Assembly: GCA_963828265.1 (NCBI GenBank)
Contig: CAWHEA010000023.1
Coordinates: forward strand, 1,763-65,762
Direction of reading: 5' to 3'
From: an uncultured Gammaproteobacteria bacterium
Lineage (GTDB): Bacteria; Pseudomonadota; Gammaproteobacteria; Steroidobacterales; Steroidobacteraceae
DNA length: 64,000 bases
Part shown: positions 23,426 to 39,548 of the stretch, piece by piece
Position numbering within the stretch: the first letter of the stretch is position 1
Layout of the letters: each line of letters opens with the position of its first letter
Made by a program: the position numbers and the translations under genes
Notes under the pieces: generated by a model
What the model saw: the letters and a program-made list of their open reading frames with translations, nothing else
Database searches by the model: none
What the model was told of the DNA's origin: nothing

Positions 23426-24570
23426 ATGGTTTGTCCAGATTCAGCGCGAGTTCGAGTAGCAGCCGTGTCTTCGTCCGTCACAACGAGCAACAACCCACCG
23501 GTCGTCGACGAAGACGTCGCACCGGATGGCGCCGCCGATCCGTCGTCGATGGATCCGGCAGCGGCCCTGCGCCCGGTCGTGCTGCCGGCCGGCTACTCGT
23601 GCGACGAGGGCATCCTCGTGCTCGACCGCGAACCGTTCCCGCTGCACTTCGGCGGCGAGCTGCCGCGCGTCGAGATCGCGTATCGGATCGCCGGCGCCGC
23701 AGGTGCTCCGGTCGTGGTCGTACTCGGCGGCATTTCGGCGGGTCGCAACGTCTTCAAGGTGCGTGACGGCGTGCCGGGCTGGTGGGACGAGATCGCCGGA
23801 CCCGGCAAGGCGCTCGACACCGATCGATTCCGGATTCTCGGGCATCGATTTCCTCGGCGGCAGCCACCGCACGACGGGCCCGGGCCATGGTGAAGTCTTC
23901 CCGAGCGTCAGCGCGCACGACCAGGCGGCGTGCCTGCGTGGCCGTGATGGACCACCTCGGCATCGAAGCCTGCACGGCTGCATCGGCGCGTCCTATGGCG
24001 GCATGGTCACGCTGGTGATGGGCGCGAAGCACCCCGCGCGCCTGCGGCACGGCATCGTCGTCAGCGCGGCGCACCGCACGCATCCGATGTCGACGGCGTG
24101 GCGCAGCGTGCAGCGCAATTTCGTGCGTTACGCCATCGAGCACGGCGAGGGCGAGCAGGGCCTGGCGCTGGCGCGTGCGCTGGCCATGACGACCTACCGC
24201 TCGGTGCGCGAATTCGAGGATCGCTTTCCGGGCGAGCCCACGCGCCGCGACGGACGCTTCGTGTTCCCGGTCGAGTCGTACATCGTCTCGCGCGGCGAGG
24301 CCTATTCGAAGACCTATCGGCCCGAGGCGTTCGTCTGCCTGTCGGAGTCGATCGACCTGCACCGCATCGAACCCGAGACGCATCGTCGTGCCGATGACCA
24401 TGGTCGCCGTGCTGGAGGACCAGCTGGTGCCGCCCGCCGACATGCGCACGCTGCGCGACCGCTTCGGCAGCGCCTGCCAGCTGGTCGAGATCAGCTCGAT
24501 GTACGGCCACGACGCCTTCTTCAAGGAGGCGGCAGTGCTGCGCGACGTTTTCTACCGCACACTCGAATAG
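23426..24570 (+). CDS. metX: Homoserine O-acyltransferase MetX family (frame-disrupted; start uncertain, 23426 or 23549)
   Basis: GGELPRVEIAYRIAG...VVVLGGISAG, WWDEIAGPGKALDTDRFRILG, GASYGGMV, SVQRNFV and MYGHDAFFKE. Frame changes occur near 23835, 23950-23990 and 24395. Confidence 0.8.
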
Positions 24571-24603
24571 ACCAGCGCATACGACAGACCCGAAACGGAT
24601 CCC

Positions 24604-25770
24604 ATGAGCCACCAAGACAGCATCAAGACCCGCACCGTGCGGGCGGCCCTCGAGACGGACACGCAGCACGGTGCCGTCGTGCCGCCGATTCACCTGACCT
24701 CGACGTTCGCCTTCAGCGGCTACGGCGAAAAGCGTGAATACGACTACTCGCGGTCGGGCAACCCGACGCGCGACGCACTCGGGCGGGCGCTCGCGGATCT
24801 CGAGGGCGGCGCGGGCGCGGTCGTCACGGCCTCGGGCATGGGCGCCGTCTCGCTCGTGACGCAGCTGTTCAAGCCGGACCAGGTCGCCGTCGTGCCGCAC
24901 GACTGCTACGGCGGCACGTATCGGCTCTTCAATGCACTGAACCTGCGCGGGGCCCTGCAGGTCCGGTTCGTCGACTTCCAGGACTCCGCAGGCCCTCGAC
25001 GCGGCGATCGCCGACAAGCCGGCGCTGGTCTGGATCGAGACGCCGAGCAATCCGTTGCTGCGCATCGTCGACATCGCGGCCGTTGCGGCCCGGGCCAAGG
25101 CGGCCGGTGCGCTGGTCGCGGCCGACAACACGTTCCTGTCGCCCGTGTGGCAGCAACCGCTGGCGCTGGGCGCCGACCTCGTCGTTCATTCGACGACCAA
25201 GTACCTGAACGGCCACAGCGACGTCGTCGGCGGCGCCGTGATCGCGGCCACGGCCGAACTGCACGAGCAGGTGAAGTGGTGGGGCAACTGCATCGGCGTC
25301 ACCGGCGCGCCGTTCGACAGCTTCCTGACGCTGCGCGGCCTGCGCACGCTGCACGCCCGCATGCGCGCGCACGGCGAGAACGCGCAGCGCATCGCCGAAC
25401 TGCTGGCGCGGCATCCGGCGGTCGCCCGCGTCTACTACCCGGGACTCGCCGCGCATCCCGGCCACGAGATCGCGAAGCGCCAGCAGCAGGGCTTCGGCGC
25501 GATGGTGAGCTTCGAACTCGTGGGCGGCGTCGAGAACGTCAAGGCGTTGCTCGGCAACATGGAGCTGTTCTCGCTCGCCGAGTCGCTCGGCGGCGTCGAG
25601 AGCCTCGTGGCGCATCCGGCCAGCATGACGCACGCGGCGATGGACGAAGCGGCGCGGGAGCGCGCCGGCATTTCGGCGACGCTGGTGCGGCTGTCGATCG
25701 GCATCGAGGAGGGCGACGATCTCGCTGCGCGACCTGACTGCGGGACTCGACGCGGCGCGCTGCCGACTAG
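24604..25770 (+). CDS. metB: Cystathionine gamma-synthase / O-succinylhomoserine lyase family PLP enzyme (frame-disrupted; 3' end uncertain)
   Basis: GAVVPPIHLTSTF, YSRSGNPTR, VHSTTKYLNGHSDVVGG, ESLGGVESL and SHAAM-like PASMTHAAM. Frame changes occur near 24990 and 25720. Confidence 0.8.
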
Positions 25771-25782
25771 AGCGAGTCGCAC

Positions 25783-25815
25783 AAAAAAAGAAGGCCGGCA
25801 TTGCTGCCGGCCTTC
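25783..25815 (-). terminator. Strong intrinsic terminator oriented for minus-strand transcription
   Basis: GAAGGCCGGCA-gcaa-TGCCGGCCTTC followed by seven T on the minus strand. It lies ~240 nt downstream of the leuB stop. Confidence 0.75.
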
Positions 25816-26012
25816 GCTGGGACCCGAGCTGCCTCATTCCCTGAGACAAAGACTAACCCGACTCAAGTCCACACCACTCGGAGATTCGATCGCTAAACCT
25901 GGGAGCAGGAGCCTGCGGCTGCCTGCGGACGCGCAGTATAGCTCCGAAAATCCGGTCGGAGTCCAGCTGGAATCGGGTGATTAATCGAGCGGGCTGCGGG
26001 TTCTAAACCCTA

Positions 26013-29149
<3,137 letters not shown>

Positions 29150-29169
29150 TCCGGCTCCGGTCGTTCGCT

Positions 29170-30754
<1,585 letters not shown>

Positions 30755-30782
30755 CGTGGTGGACGGGAAAGGGGAGCGGGAC

Positions 30783-31768
<986 letters not shown>

Positions 31769-31815
31769 CTTTGCAATCTCCTCGGAATCGTTTCCGTTTT
31801 GCCGTAACTAAAACT

Positions 31816-31850
31816 AAAAACCCCGCTGCCGGCTGGCTGGCCGTGCGGGG
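31816..31850 (-). terminator. Attenuator terminator in the ilvC-leu leader
   Basis: On the minus strand, CCCCGCACGGCCAGCCAGCCGGCAGCGGGG is followed by TTTTT, 45 nt upstream of the ilvC start. The upstream GTGCGGGG (end of the leader ORF) can alternatively pair with the CCCCGCAC terminator arm. Confidence 0.65.
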
Positions 31851-31880
31851 TTCCTGATGTCCAATCGCGCCTTTGCGCTC

Positions 31881-31991
31881 TCAGCCCGGAGCCCCGCACC
31901 TCCGCAGGGGAAGCAGGGTAAGGGACGCAAGCAGCAGCCCGGCCAGCAGGGTGACCGAGTTGATGAGGGAGGAGTCGAGCGACGACTGCAT
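31881..31991 (-). CDS. Putative Leu-rich leader peptide (36 aa)
   Basis: MQSSLDSSLINSVTLLAGLLLASLTLLPLRRCGAPG has 11 Leu, 1 Ile and 1 Val in 36 residues. It sits immediately upstream of the attenuator hairpin. Not in the supplied ORF track because it is short. Confidence 0.5.
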   Translation of the reverse strand: MQSSLDSSLINSVTLLAGLLLASLTLLPLRRCGAPG

Positions 31992-32031
31992 CCAGCGCCT
32001 GCGTGTTGAGAGCGGAAAAAGTAGGGTGCGG

Positions 32032-32061
32032 ATAGCAGCACAGCGTGCCGTGCATTGTCAA
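32032..32061 (-). promoter_or_regulatory. Candidate promoter for the ilvC-leu leader (TTGACA-18 nt-TGCTAT)
   Basis: A perfect -35 TTGACA on the minus strand (plus-strand TGTCAA at 32056..32061) and a weak -10 element. Confidence 0.3.
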
Positions 32062-32179
32062 CCGCAGTGCAAAAAGAGTCAGTCCAAGCCGGGCGCAATG
32101 CCCTGCCGACCGCACCTGCGGGCTGCGCTGCTAAGCTACCGAACCGCCTTCGTTCCCCCTGCAACGGAACCCGCTCACC

Positions 32180-33590
32180 GTGGATTTTCTCGTCGATCAC
32201 GCCGGCGCCCCGGGCGCTGCGACCGCGCACGAGCTTGACGCTCGTCCTCCAGTCCGACCTGGCCCGCTGGCTCGAGGCCCAGGATGCATCGGCGCGAGCC
32301 TGGGTCGCCGCGACGGGATTCAAGGCCGAGCGCCACCAGGTGGTGCTGCTGCCTGTCGCCCGACGGCGTCCCGCGCCGGGCGGCGCTGGGCCTCGGCACG
32401 CTGCCGTCGATCGACGCGCTCGAACTCTGGCACGTGGCTGGCCTGCCGGACCGCCTGCCGGCCGGCACCCATTGGCGCGTCACGAACGAGCTCACCCTCG
32501 CTGCGGCGAACGCGCTCGTCCTGGGCTGGGCCTACGGCAGCTACCGGTTCGACGCCTACAAGTCGGCCAGGCCAGCCACGGCGCGGGCACGTCTCATCGC
32601 GCCGCCTGCCGTCGATCATGGGCACGTCGTGCAGACTTGCGGGTGCAACGGCGCTCGCACGCGATCTCGTCAACACGCCGGCCTGCGACATGACGCCGGA
32701 GCGGCTGGCCGCCGAGGCGATCCGCATCGCGCGCGATCACGGCGCGTCGCCGCAGGAAATCATGGGCGATGAATTGAAGCGCGGATTCCCCGCCATCCAC
32801 GCCGTGGGGCAGGCTTCCGCGTGCGCCCCGCGTCTCGTCGATTTCGCCTGGGGCGATCCGACGCATCCGAAGGTGACGCTGGTCGGCAAGGGCGTCTGCT
32901 TCGACACGGGTGGCCTCGACATCAAGCCGTCCGCCGGCATGGCGCTGATGAAGAAGGACATGGGCGGCGCGGCGTGCACGCTGGCGCTGGCGCAGCTCGT
33001 CATGCAATCGCAACTGCCCGTGCGGCTGCGAGTGCTGATTCCAGCCGTCGAGAATGCGATCGCCGGCAATGCGTACCGCCCGGGCGACGTGATCCGCACG
33101 CGCAAGGGCGTGACCGTCGAGATCGGCAACACCGATGCCGAGGGCCGGCTGGTGCTGTGCGATGCCATCGCGCTGGCCGACGAAGAAAGCCCCGACCTGC
33201 TGATCGACCTGGCGACGCTGACCGGTGCGGCACGCGTGGCGCTCGGCCCTGAGTTGCCGGCCGTGTTCGGCACGCGACAGGAAACCGTCGACGCGCTGTT
33301 GCGGCAGGGCCGGCGCGCTGGCGGATCCGCTGTGGCAGATGCCGCTCTGGAGCGGCTACGACGACGACATCGCGAGCAAGGTCGCGGACATCAACAACGC
33401 GTCGGCCTCGGCGTTTGCCGGCGCGATCATCGGGGCGCTGTACCTGAAGCGGTTCGTGACGAACGCGCAGGACTGGGTGCACGTCGACCTCTTCGCGTGG
33501 AACCCGAAGGAGCGGCCCGGCCGTCCCGTGGGGGCGGAGGCGCATGCCGTGCGCGCGCTGCACGCCATGCTCGTCGAACGCTATGCGTAA
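32180..33590 (+). CDS. M17 leucyl aminopeptidase family protein (frame-disrupted)
   Basis: LVGKGVCFDTGGLDIKP, MKKDMGGAA and the NTDAEGRLVLCD signature. Four frame changes occur, near 32210, 32345, 32620 and 33310. Confidence 0.82.
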
Positions 33591-33620
33591 ACAGGGCGGG
33601 CTGCACCAGGCAGGTCGGTT

Positions 33621-33674
33621 CAGTGGCTCGTCCGGAGCGCGTGTCTGCCTTTCCAAGCGCAGGACGAGCCGCTG
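33621..33674 (+). repeat. Conserved-loop hairpin repeat (core GTGTCTGCCTTTCC), copy 1
   Basis: CAGTGGCTCGTCC-ggagcgc-GTGTCTGCCTTTCC-aagcgca-GGACGAGCCGCTG, in the intergenic space between the M17 peptidase and the next gene. Confidence 0.75.
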
Positions 33675-33688
33675 AAGCGACCTGCAAC

Positions 33689-34949
33689 GTGATCGACCTG
33701 AGTTACGAGCGGCGTGCCTGGACGCTGATCTACCTTTGCCTCGGACTGGTCGAGGGCGGCACCGCGGCCGTCATGGTCCGCTCGCTGTTCGGCGACCAGG
33801 CTCCCGCGCTCGCGGTGGATCTCGTCGTCGCCATCGTGAGCGCGGCACCGGCCTGGGCCAACCTGGCGAGCATGGCGTATGCGAGGCGCGCACAGGGCAA
33901 GCGCAAGGTCTCGTTCCTGTTTCCGCTGCTGCTCGCGATGACGGCGTGCGTGGGCGCCCTGGCGCTCGTGCCGAAGAGCGGGGCAGGGCTGCTGCTGTTT
34001 CTCGCGCTGTACGCGTCGGCGCGACTGCTCTGGGCCGGCGTCGAGACCGTGCGCTCGGTGCTGTGGAGCGTGAATTACCCGTCGCGGCTGCGCGCCCGCA
34101 TCACCGGACGCATCACGATCAACACCTCGATCGCGCTCGCCATCACCGGCCTCGGCATCGGCTGGCTGCTCGGGCACGAAGGTCCGTGGTGGCGCATCGC
34201 GATTGCCGTCGGTGCGGCCTGCGGCGTCGCCGGAGCGCTCGCGTTCCGCCAGTTCAAGGTCCGCCGCGAGGACGAACTGCTCGAAGCGGAGCGCGCGCGG
34301 GTGGTGGAAGGCGCGACCTTCGGCTTCGCGTGGCATGCGTGCGTTGCTCGCGCGCGACGAGGCGTTCCGGCGCTACCAGTACGCGATGTCGATGTTCGGC
34401 GCGGGCATGCTGTCGCTGACGCCGCTGATGGTGATCTGCCTCGGCGACGTGCTGCAGCTGCCGGCGTTGTGGCAGGTGCTGGTCACGACCGCGATCCCGG
34501 TCATGGTGGTGCCGTTCGCGGTCCAGCCGTGGGCACGTTATCTCGACCTGCATCGGGTGCTGGCGTTCCGTTCGGTGCATGGCAAGTTCACGGTGGTCGC
34601 GGTCGCGTTGCTCGTCGCGGCGGTACTGCTGCACATGCCGCTGCTGCTCGCGCCGGGCGCCGTGCTGCTCGGCGTCAGCATGGCGGCCGGCAGCCTCGGC
34701 TGGACGCTGGGCCACAACGACTTCGCGCCGCGCGGCGAGGAGACGCGTTACATGGCCCTGCACGTGACGCTGACCGGCATGCGCGGCCTGGTCGCGCCGC
34801 CGCTCACGATCGCGCTGTATCACGTGCTCGGCAGCCTGCACGCTGGACTCGGTCCGGCGGCGCTGCTGGTGCCGCTGCTGTTCGTCATGGGCGGCGCTTA
34901 CCGCTTTCATGTCATGCATCGCCTGCAGGTGTCCGCAAACGCCGCGTGA
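33689..34949 (+). CDS. Polytopic membrane protein, MFS-like transporter (frame-disrupted)
   Basis: About 12 hydrophobic segments, with a GTG start in the frame of ORF 32180..34984. It continues in the frame of 34203..34949. The frame changes near 34330. Confidence 0.5.
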
Positions 34950-35010
34950 CCGCGGCACCCGCAAGCCGCACAATTGCCCCGTGAATTTATTTCCGCCCGG
35001 AGCCCGTTCG

Positions 35011-36723
35011 ATGAGCCGACGCAAAGTAGATATCCGCCCGTATTCGAAGCTCGTGTTCGACGGCGTCAAGCAGACGCCCAGCCGCGCGATGCTCCGCGCA
35101 GTCGGCTACGACGACCGCGATTTCAAGAAGCCGCAGGTCGGCATCGCCTCGACCTGGAGCAACCTCACGCCCTGCAACATGCACATCGACAAGCTGGCCG
35201 ACGCGGCGGCGAAGGGCGCCAATGCGGCGGGCGGCAAGAGCACGACCTTCGGCACCATCACCGTGTCGGACGGCATCTCGATGGGCACGCCCGGCATGCG
35301 TTATTCGCTCGTGTCGCGCGAAGTGATCGCGGACTCGATCGAGACCGTCGTCGGCGCGCAGGGCTTCGACGGCGTGGTCGCGATCGGCGGCTGCGACAAG
35401 AACATGCCGGGCTGCATGATGGCGATCGCGCGGCTCGATCGTCCCGCGGTGTTCGTCTACGGCGGCACGATCAGGCCCGGGCGAGAAGAAGCGCGACGTG
35501 GTTTCGGTCTTCGAGGCCGTCGGCGCGCACGCGGCCGGCGTCATCAACGACAAGCAGCTGCAAGGAAGTCGAGCGCACGGCCATCCCGGCGCCGGGCAGC
35601 TGCGGCGGCATGTACACGGCCAACACGATGGCGTCGGCGATCGAGGCGCTCGGAATGAGTCTCGCCGAACAGCTCGGCGCAGGAAGCCGTCTCGCGCCAC
35701 AAGCGCACCGATGCGGAGCGGGCAGGGCGCGCCGTCGTCAACCTGATCAAGCACGGCATCAAGCCGTCGATGATCCTCACGCGCGAAGCGTTCGAGAACG
35801 CCATCGTCGTGACGATCGCGCTCGGCGGCTCGACCAACGCCGTGCTGCACCTGCTGGCGATCGCGCACGCGGCCGGCGTCCCGCTCGAACTCGACGACTT
35901 CACGCGCATCGGCGCGCGGGTGCCGGTGCTCGCCGACCTGCGGCCGAGCGGCAAGTACTCGATGTCGGAACTCATCCGCATCGGCGGCATCCAGCCGCTG
36001 ATGAAGTCGCTGCTCGACGCCGGCATGCTGCACGGCGACTGCCTGACGGTCACCGGCAAGACGCTGCGCCAGAACCTCGCGCGCGTGAAGCCGTATCCGA
36101 GCGGGCAGGACATGGTTCGACCGCTCGACGAACCCGATCAAGCCCGAGAGCCACCTCGTCGTGCTCTACGGCAACCTCGCGCCGGAAGGCGCGGTGGCGA
36201 AGATCAGCGGCAAGGAAGGGCTCAGCTTCACGGGACGCGCGCGCGTGTTCGACGGCGAGGAGGCGACGCTGCAGGCGATCCTCGACGGCACGGTGCACGC
36301 GGGCGACGTGCTCGTCGTGCGCTACGAAGGGCCGCGCGGCGGGCCCGGGCATGCGCGAGATGCTGAGCCCGACCGCGGCGATCATGGGCAAGGGGCTCGG
36401 CGACAAGGTCGCGCTGATCACCGACGGGCGCTTCTCCGGCGGCAGCCACGGCTTCGTCGTCGGGCACGTCTCGCCGGAGGCGGCGCTGGGCGGGCCGCTG
36501 GCGCTGGTGCACGACGGTGACTCCATCAGCATCGATGCGACGAAGCGCGAATTGACGCTGCACGTCGCAGCCGACGGAACTCGTCAAGCGTCGCGAGAGC
36601 TGGCGACCGCGCGCTCCGTATGCGACGCGCGGCGTGCTCGCGAAATACGCCGAACTCGTGAGCAGCGCATCGCTCGGTGCGGTCACGGATCGTGGTTTGA
36701 AGGTCGCGGAACCGCAGGCCTGA
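35011..36723 (+). CDS. ilvD: Dihydroxy-acid dehydratase (heavily frame-disrupted)
   Basis: [87 protein letters not shown] and SASLGAVTD are recovered from alternating frames. About seven frame changes occur. Confidence 0.88.
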
Positions 36724-37045
36724 AGAACGTATTGCATGTGCGTGGCAGTCACGCAAGTATTGTGTTGCCGTAGTCGCGTCGGTAAAGTCGCGCCCGCCGT
36801 CAGAAACGGACCGGCTGCGACCGGCACCGGAACGGGTTTGCATTGTGTTGCACCGCAGCATGAGTCGAGTAACAACGACGGTTTCGCGCAGGCACGAAAT
36901 GAATGGCTCCTCCAGGAGCCTGTGTCGGTCTTCGCGGGCAAGCGTCAGGGGTTGCGAGGGTGGTTGCGGTCTTGTAGTGTCGGCGGTCCCGGGGAGGACG
37001 CGGCCTGAGGCCGGGCATCCGCGCGCCCACAGTAGTGGAGGGGAA

Positions 37046-37704
37046 GTGGCTTACAGTTATTCGATCGACGATCCGGCCAAGAACAGCAAGCGCACGCTTG
37101 CTTTCATCCTGGTCGTCATCATCCATGTCTTTTTCTTCTGGGTCCTCGCGTCCGGTCTCGGTGCCAAGATGGTCCAGACGGTCATGGGCCCGGTCGAGAC
37201 CAAGATGATCGAGGAGCTCCCTGACGACGACAAGGAGCCGCCGCCGCCGCCGCCGGACATCGAGCAGCCGCCGCCCTACGTGCCGCCGCCGGAAGTGTCC
37301 GTCGACCTGGCGATCGACACCGGTCCCACCACGGCGATTTCGAACGTAACGACCGAGCGCCCGGTCGCGGCGCCGCCGCCGCCAGTGGCCGAAGCCGGTC
37401 GAGCGTGCGGTCGTCAAGACGCCGCCGTCCGCCACGGGCAGGGGCGCGCGCACATCGCTGCCGGAATATCCGCCGGCCTCGCGCCGTGCTGGCGAGGCGG
37501 GCACCGTGCAGCTGCGCTGCTTCGTGCAGGAAGACGGCCGCTGCAGCGAAGTCTCCGTCGTGAAGAGCAGCGGCTTCGACAAACTCGATGAAGCCGCCGT
37601 GAAGGAAGTCCAGCGCAACTGGAAGTTCGTCCCGGGCAAGGAAGACGGCAAGCCGGTGCGCCATGTGGCACACGTTCGCCGTGACCTTCAGGCTGACCGA
37701 TTGA
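37046..37704 (+). CDS. tonB: TonB-family energy transducer (frame-disrupted)
   Basis: GTG start after GGAGGGG. An N-terminal TM segment (LAFILVVIIHVFFFWVL), a Pro-rich spacer (EPPPPPPDIEQPPPYVPPPE), and a C-terminal TonB domain (YPPASRRAGEAGTVQLRCFV...VVKSSGFDKLDEAAV). Frame changes occur near 37395 and 37655. Confidence 0.8.
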
Positions 37705-37772
37705 TCCTCGAAGTTGATCCATCCCTGAACTCAACGTCGTATCAGTAGAAATAGACACAGGAACCGATTCCA

Positions 37773-38513
37773 ATGGCCACCGAAAGCGTAACCGTCGACA
37801 ACCCGTACGGAATCTGGCGCCCTCTGGGCACAGGGCGACTTCGTCGCGAAGGGCGTAATGGTCCTGCTCGTCCTGATGTCTGCCTACTCCTGGTTCATCA
37901 TCTTCACCAAGTGGTGGGAACAGCGCCGCCTGCTGTCGCAGGCGCACGAGGCCGAGAAGAACTTCTGGGCCGCCGACAACATCAAGACCGGCGTCGAACA
38001 AGCTGACCGGCAAGGGCAACATCTTCAAGGGCATGGCCGCCGAGGCGATCGACGCCGCCGAGCACCATGACGAGCGCCTGACGCAGCAGGTTCCGCTGCA
38101 CGAGTGGATCGACAACGTGCTGGCCCGCGCCACGGCCCGCATCGACAGCGCGCTGTCGACGCAGCTGCCGTTCCTCGCGACCACCGGTTCGACGGCGCCG
38201 TTCATCGGCCTGTTCGGCACGGTGTGGGGCATCTACCACGCGCTCGTCGCGATCGGCGTGGCCGGCCAGGCCTCGATCGACAAGGTGGCGGGTCCGGTCG
38301 GCGAAGCCCTCATCATGACGGCCATCGGCCTCGCGGTCGCGGTGCCGGCGGTGCTCGGCTACAACTTCCTGCTCGGCCGCAACAAGCAGATCATGGAGAC
38401 GCGTCAAGCTCTTCTCGAACGACCTCGAGCAGGTGATCGTCAGCGGTTCGCGCATCGAAGGCGCGGGCGCCAAGGTCATCTCGCGGCGGCGCGAAGAAGT
38501 AATCGAGCGCTAG
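37773..38513 (+). CDS. exbB: MotA/TolQ/ExbB proton-channel protein (frame-disrupted)
   Basis: VMVLLVLMSAYSWFIIFTKW and LATTGSTAPFIGLFGTVWGIYHAL...GEALIMTAIGLAVAVPAVLGYN. Frame changes occur near 37825, 37995 and 38402. Confidence 0.85.
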
Positions 38514-38547
38514 CCACCGCCAGCAGCCGCCGGAGACAGATCCCACC

Positions 38548-38985
38548 ATGAGCATGAACGTATCCTCGGGCGACACCGAGCGACGAGAAGCCGATGTCGG
38601 AGATCAACACCACGCCCCTCGTGGACGTGATGCTGGTCATGCTCATCATCTTCCTGATCACCATCCCGGTGATCACGCAGTCGGTGAAGGTGGACCTGCC
38701 GAAGGCGGCCAACATTCCCGACGCAGACGAAGCCGGAAAACATCAACATCGCGGTGGATGCGCGAAGGCAACGTCTACTGGAACACGGCGCTGGTGCCGA
38801 CGCAGGAAGCGCTGCTCGAGCGCCTCAAGGCGGTCGCCGTGCTGGATCCGCAGCCGGAGATCCACGTGCGCGGCGACCGTGCCACGGCCTACGAGCACGT
38901 CGGCCGGGTCATGGTGCTGTGCCAGCGCGCCGGCATCCAGAAGGTCGGTTTCATCACCGAACCCGACCGCGGCCTGGGCCGCTGA
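38548..38985 (+). CDS. exbD: ExbD/TolR family protein 1 (frame-disrupted)
   Basis: MSEINTTPLVDVMLVMLIIFLITIP and the C-terminal IHVRGDRATAYEHVGRVMVLCQRAGIQKVGF. Frame changes occur near 38580 and 38725. Confidence 0.82.
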   Translation: MSMNVSSGDTERREADVGDQHHAPRGRDAGHAHHLPDHHPGDHAVGEGGPAEGGQHSRRRRSRKTSTSRWMREGNVYWNTALVPTQEALLERLKAVAVLDPQPEIHVRGDRATAYEHVGRVMVLCQRAGIQKVGFITEPDRGLGR

Positions 38986-39006
38986 GCCGCTGCAGGAGTC
39001 TCCACG

Positions 39007-39424
39007 ATGACCATGAGCATTGGTGGCGGCGGCGAAGACGAGCCGATGATGGAAATGAACATGACGCCGTTGATCGACGTCCTGCTCGTTCTCCTGGTCA
39101 TGTTCATCATCACGATCCCGGTGATGACGCACGCGGTGAAGCTCGACATGCCGCGTCCGACCAACGCGCCGAAGCAGGCCGAGCCGGTGGTGATCCAGCT
39201 CGAGATCGACTTCGACGGCACCGTGCTGTGGAACGGTTCGCCGGTCACGGTCGACTCGCTCGACAGCGTACTTCCGCCGCGAAGCGGCCAACGATCCGCA
39301 GCCGGAGCTGCACATCCGCCCGAACAAGCGCGCGTCGTACGACGTCGTTGCGCGCGTGCTGGCGTCGGCGCAGCGCAACGGGTTGCTCAAGATCGGCTTC
39401 GTCGGCAACGAGCAGTTCATGTAA
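39007..39424 (+). CDS. exbD: ExbD/TolR family protein 2 (frame-disrupted)
   Basis: EMNMTPLIDVLLVLLVMFIITIP, with the shifted tail LHIRPNKRASYDVVARVLASAQRNGLLKIGFVGNEQFM. The frame changes near 39265. Confidence 0.82.
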
Positions 39425-39548
39425 GTAAGGGGTTGTCGTCATCGGCCTGGCGGCGGTGACGGCATCGGATCAAGAGGGGCTGCCGGGGCGAAGAGCTCCG
39501 GCGGCTTTTTCCTTGTCAGCGGGACTAAAACTCCCAGTGAGGAATTCG

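Noticed and set aside
36724-37045. A Fur box or iron-responsive operator upstream of tonB-exbBD.
   Set aside because: No AT-rich GATAATGATAATCATTATC-like palindrome is present, and the region is GC-rich apart from the short ATTGTGTTGC repeats.
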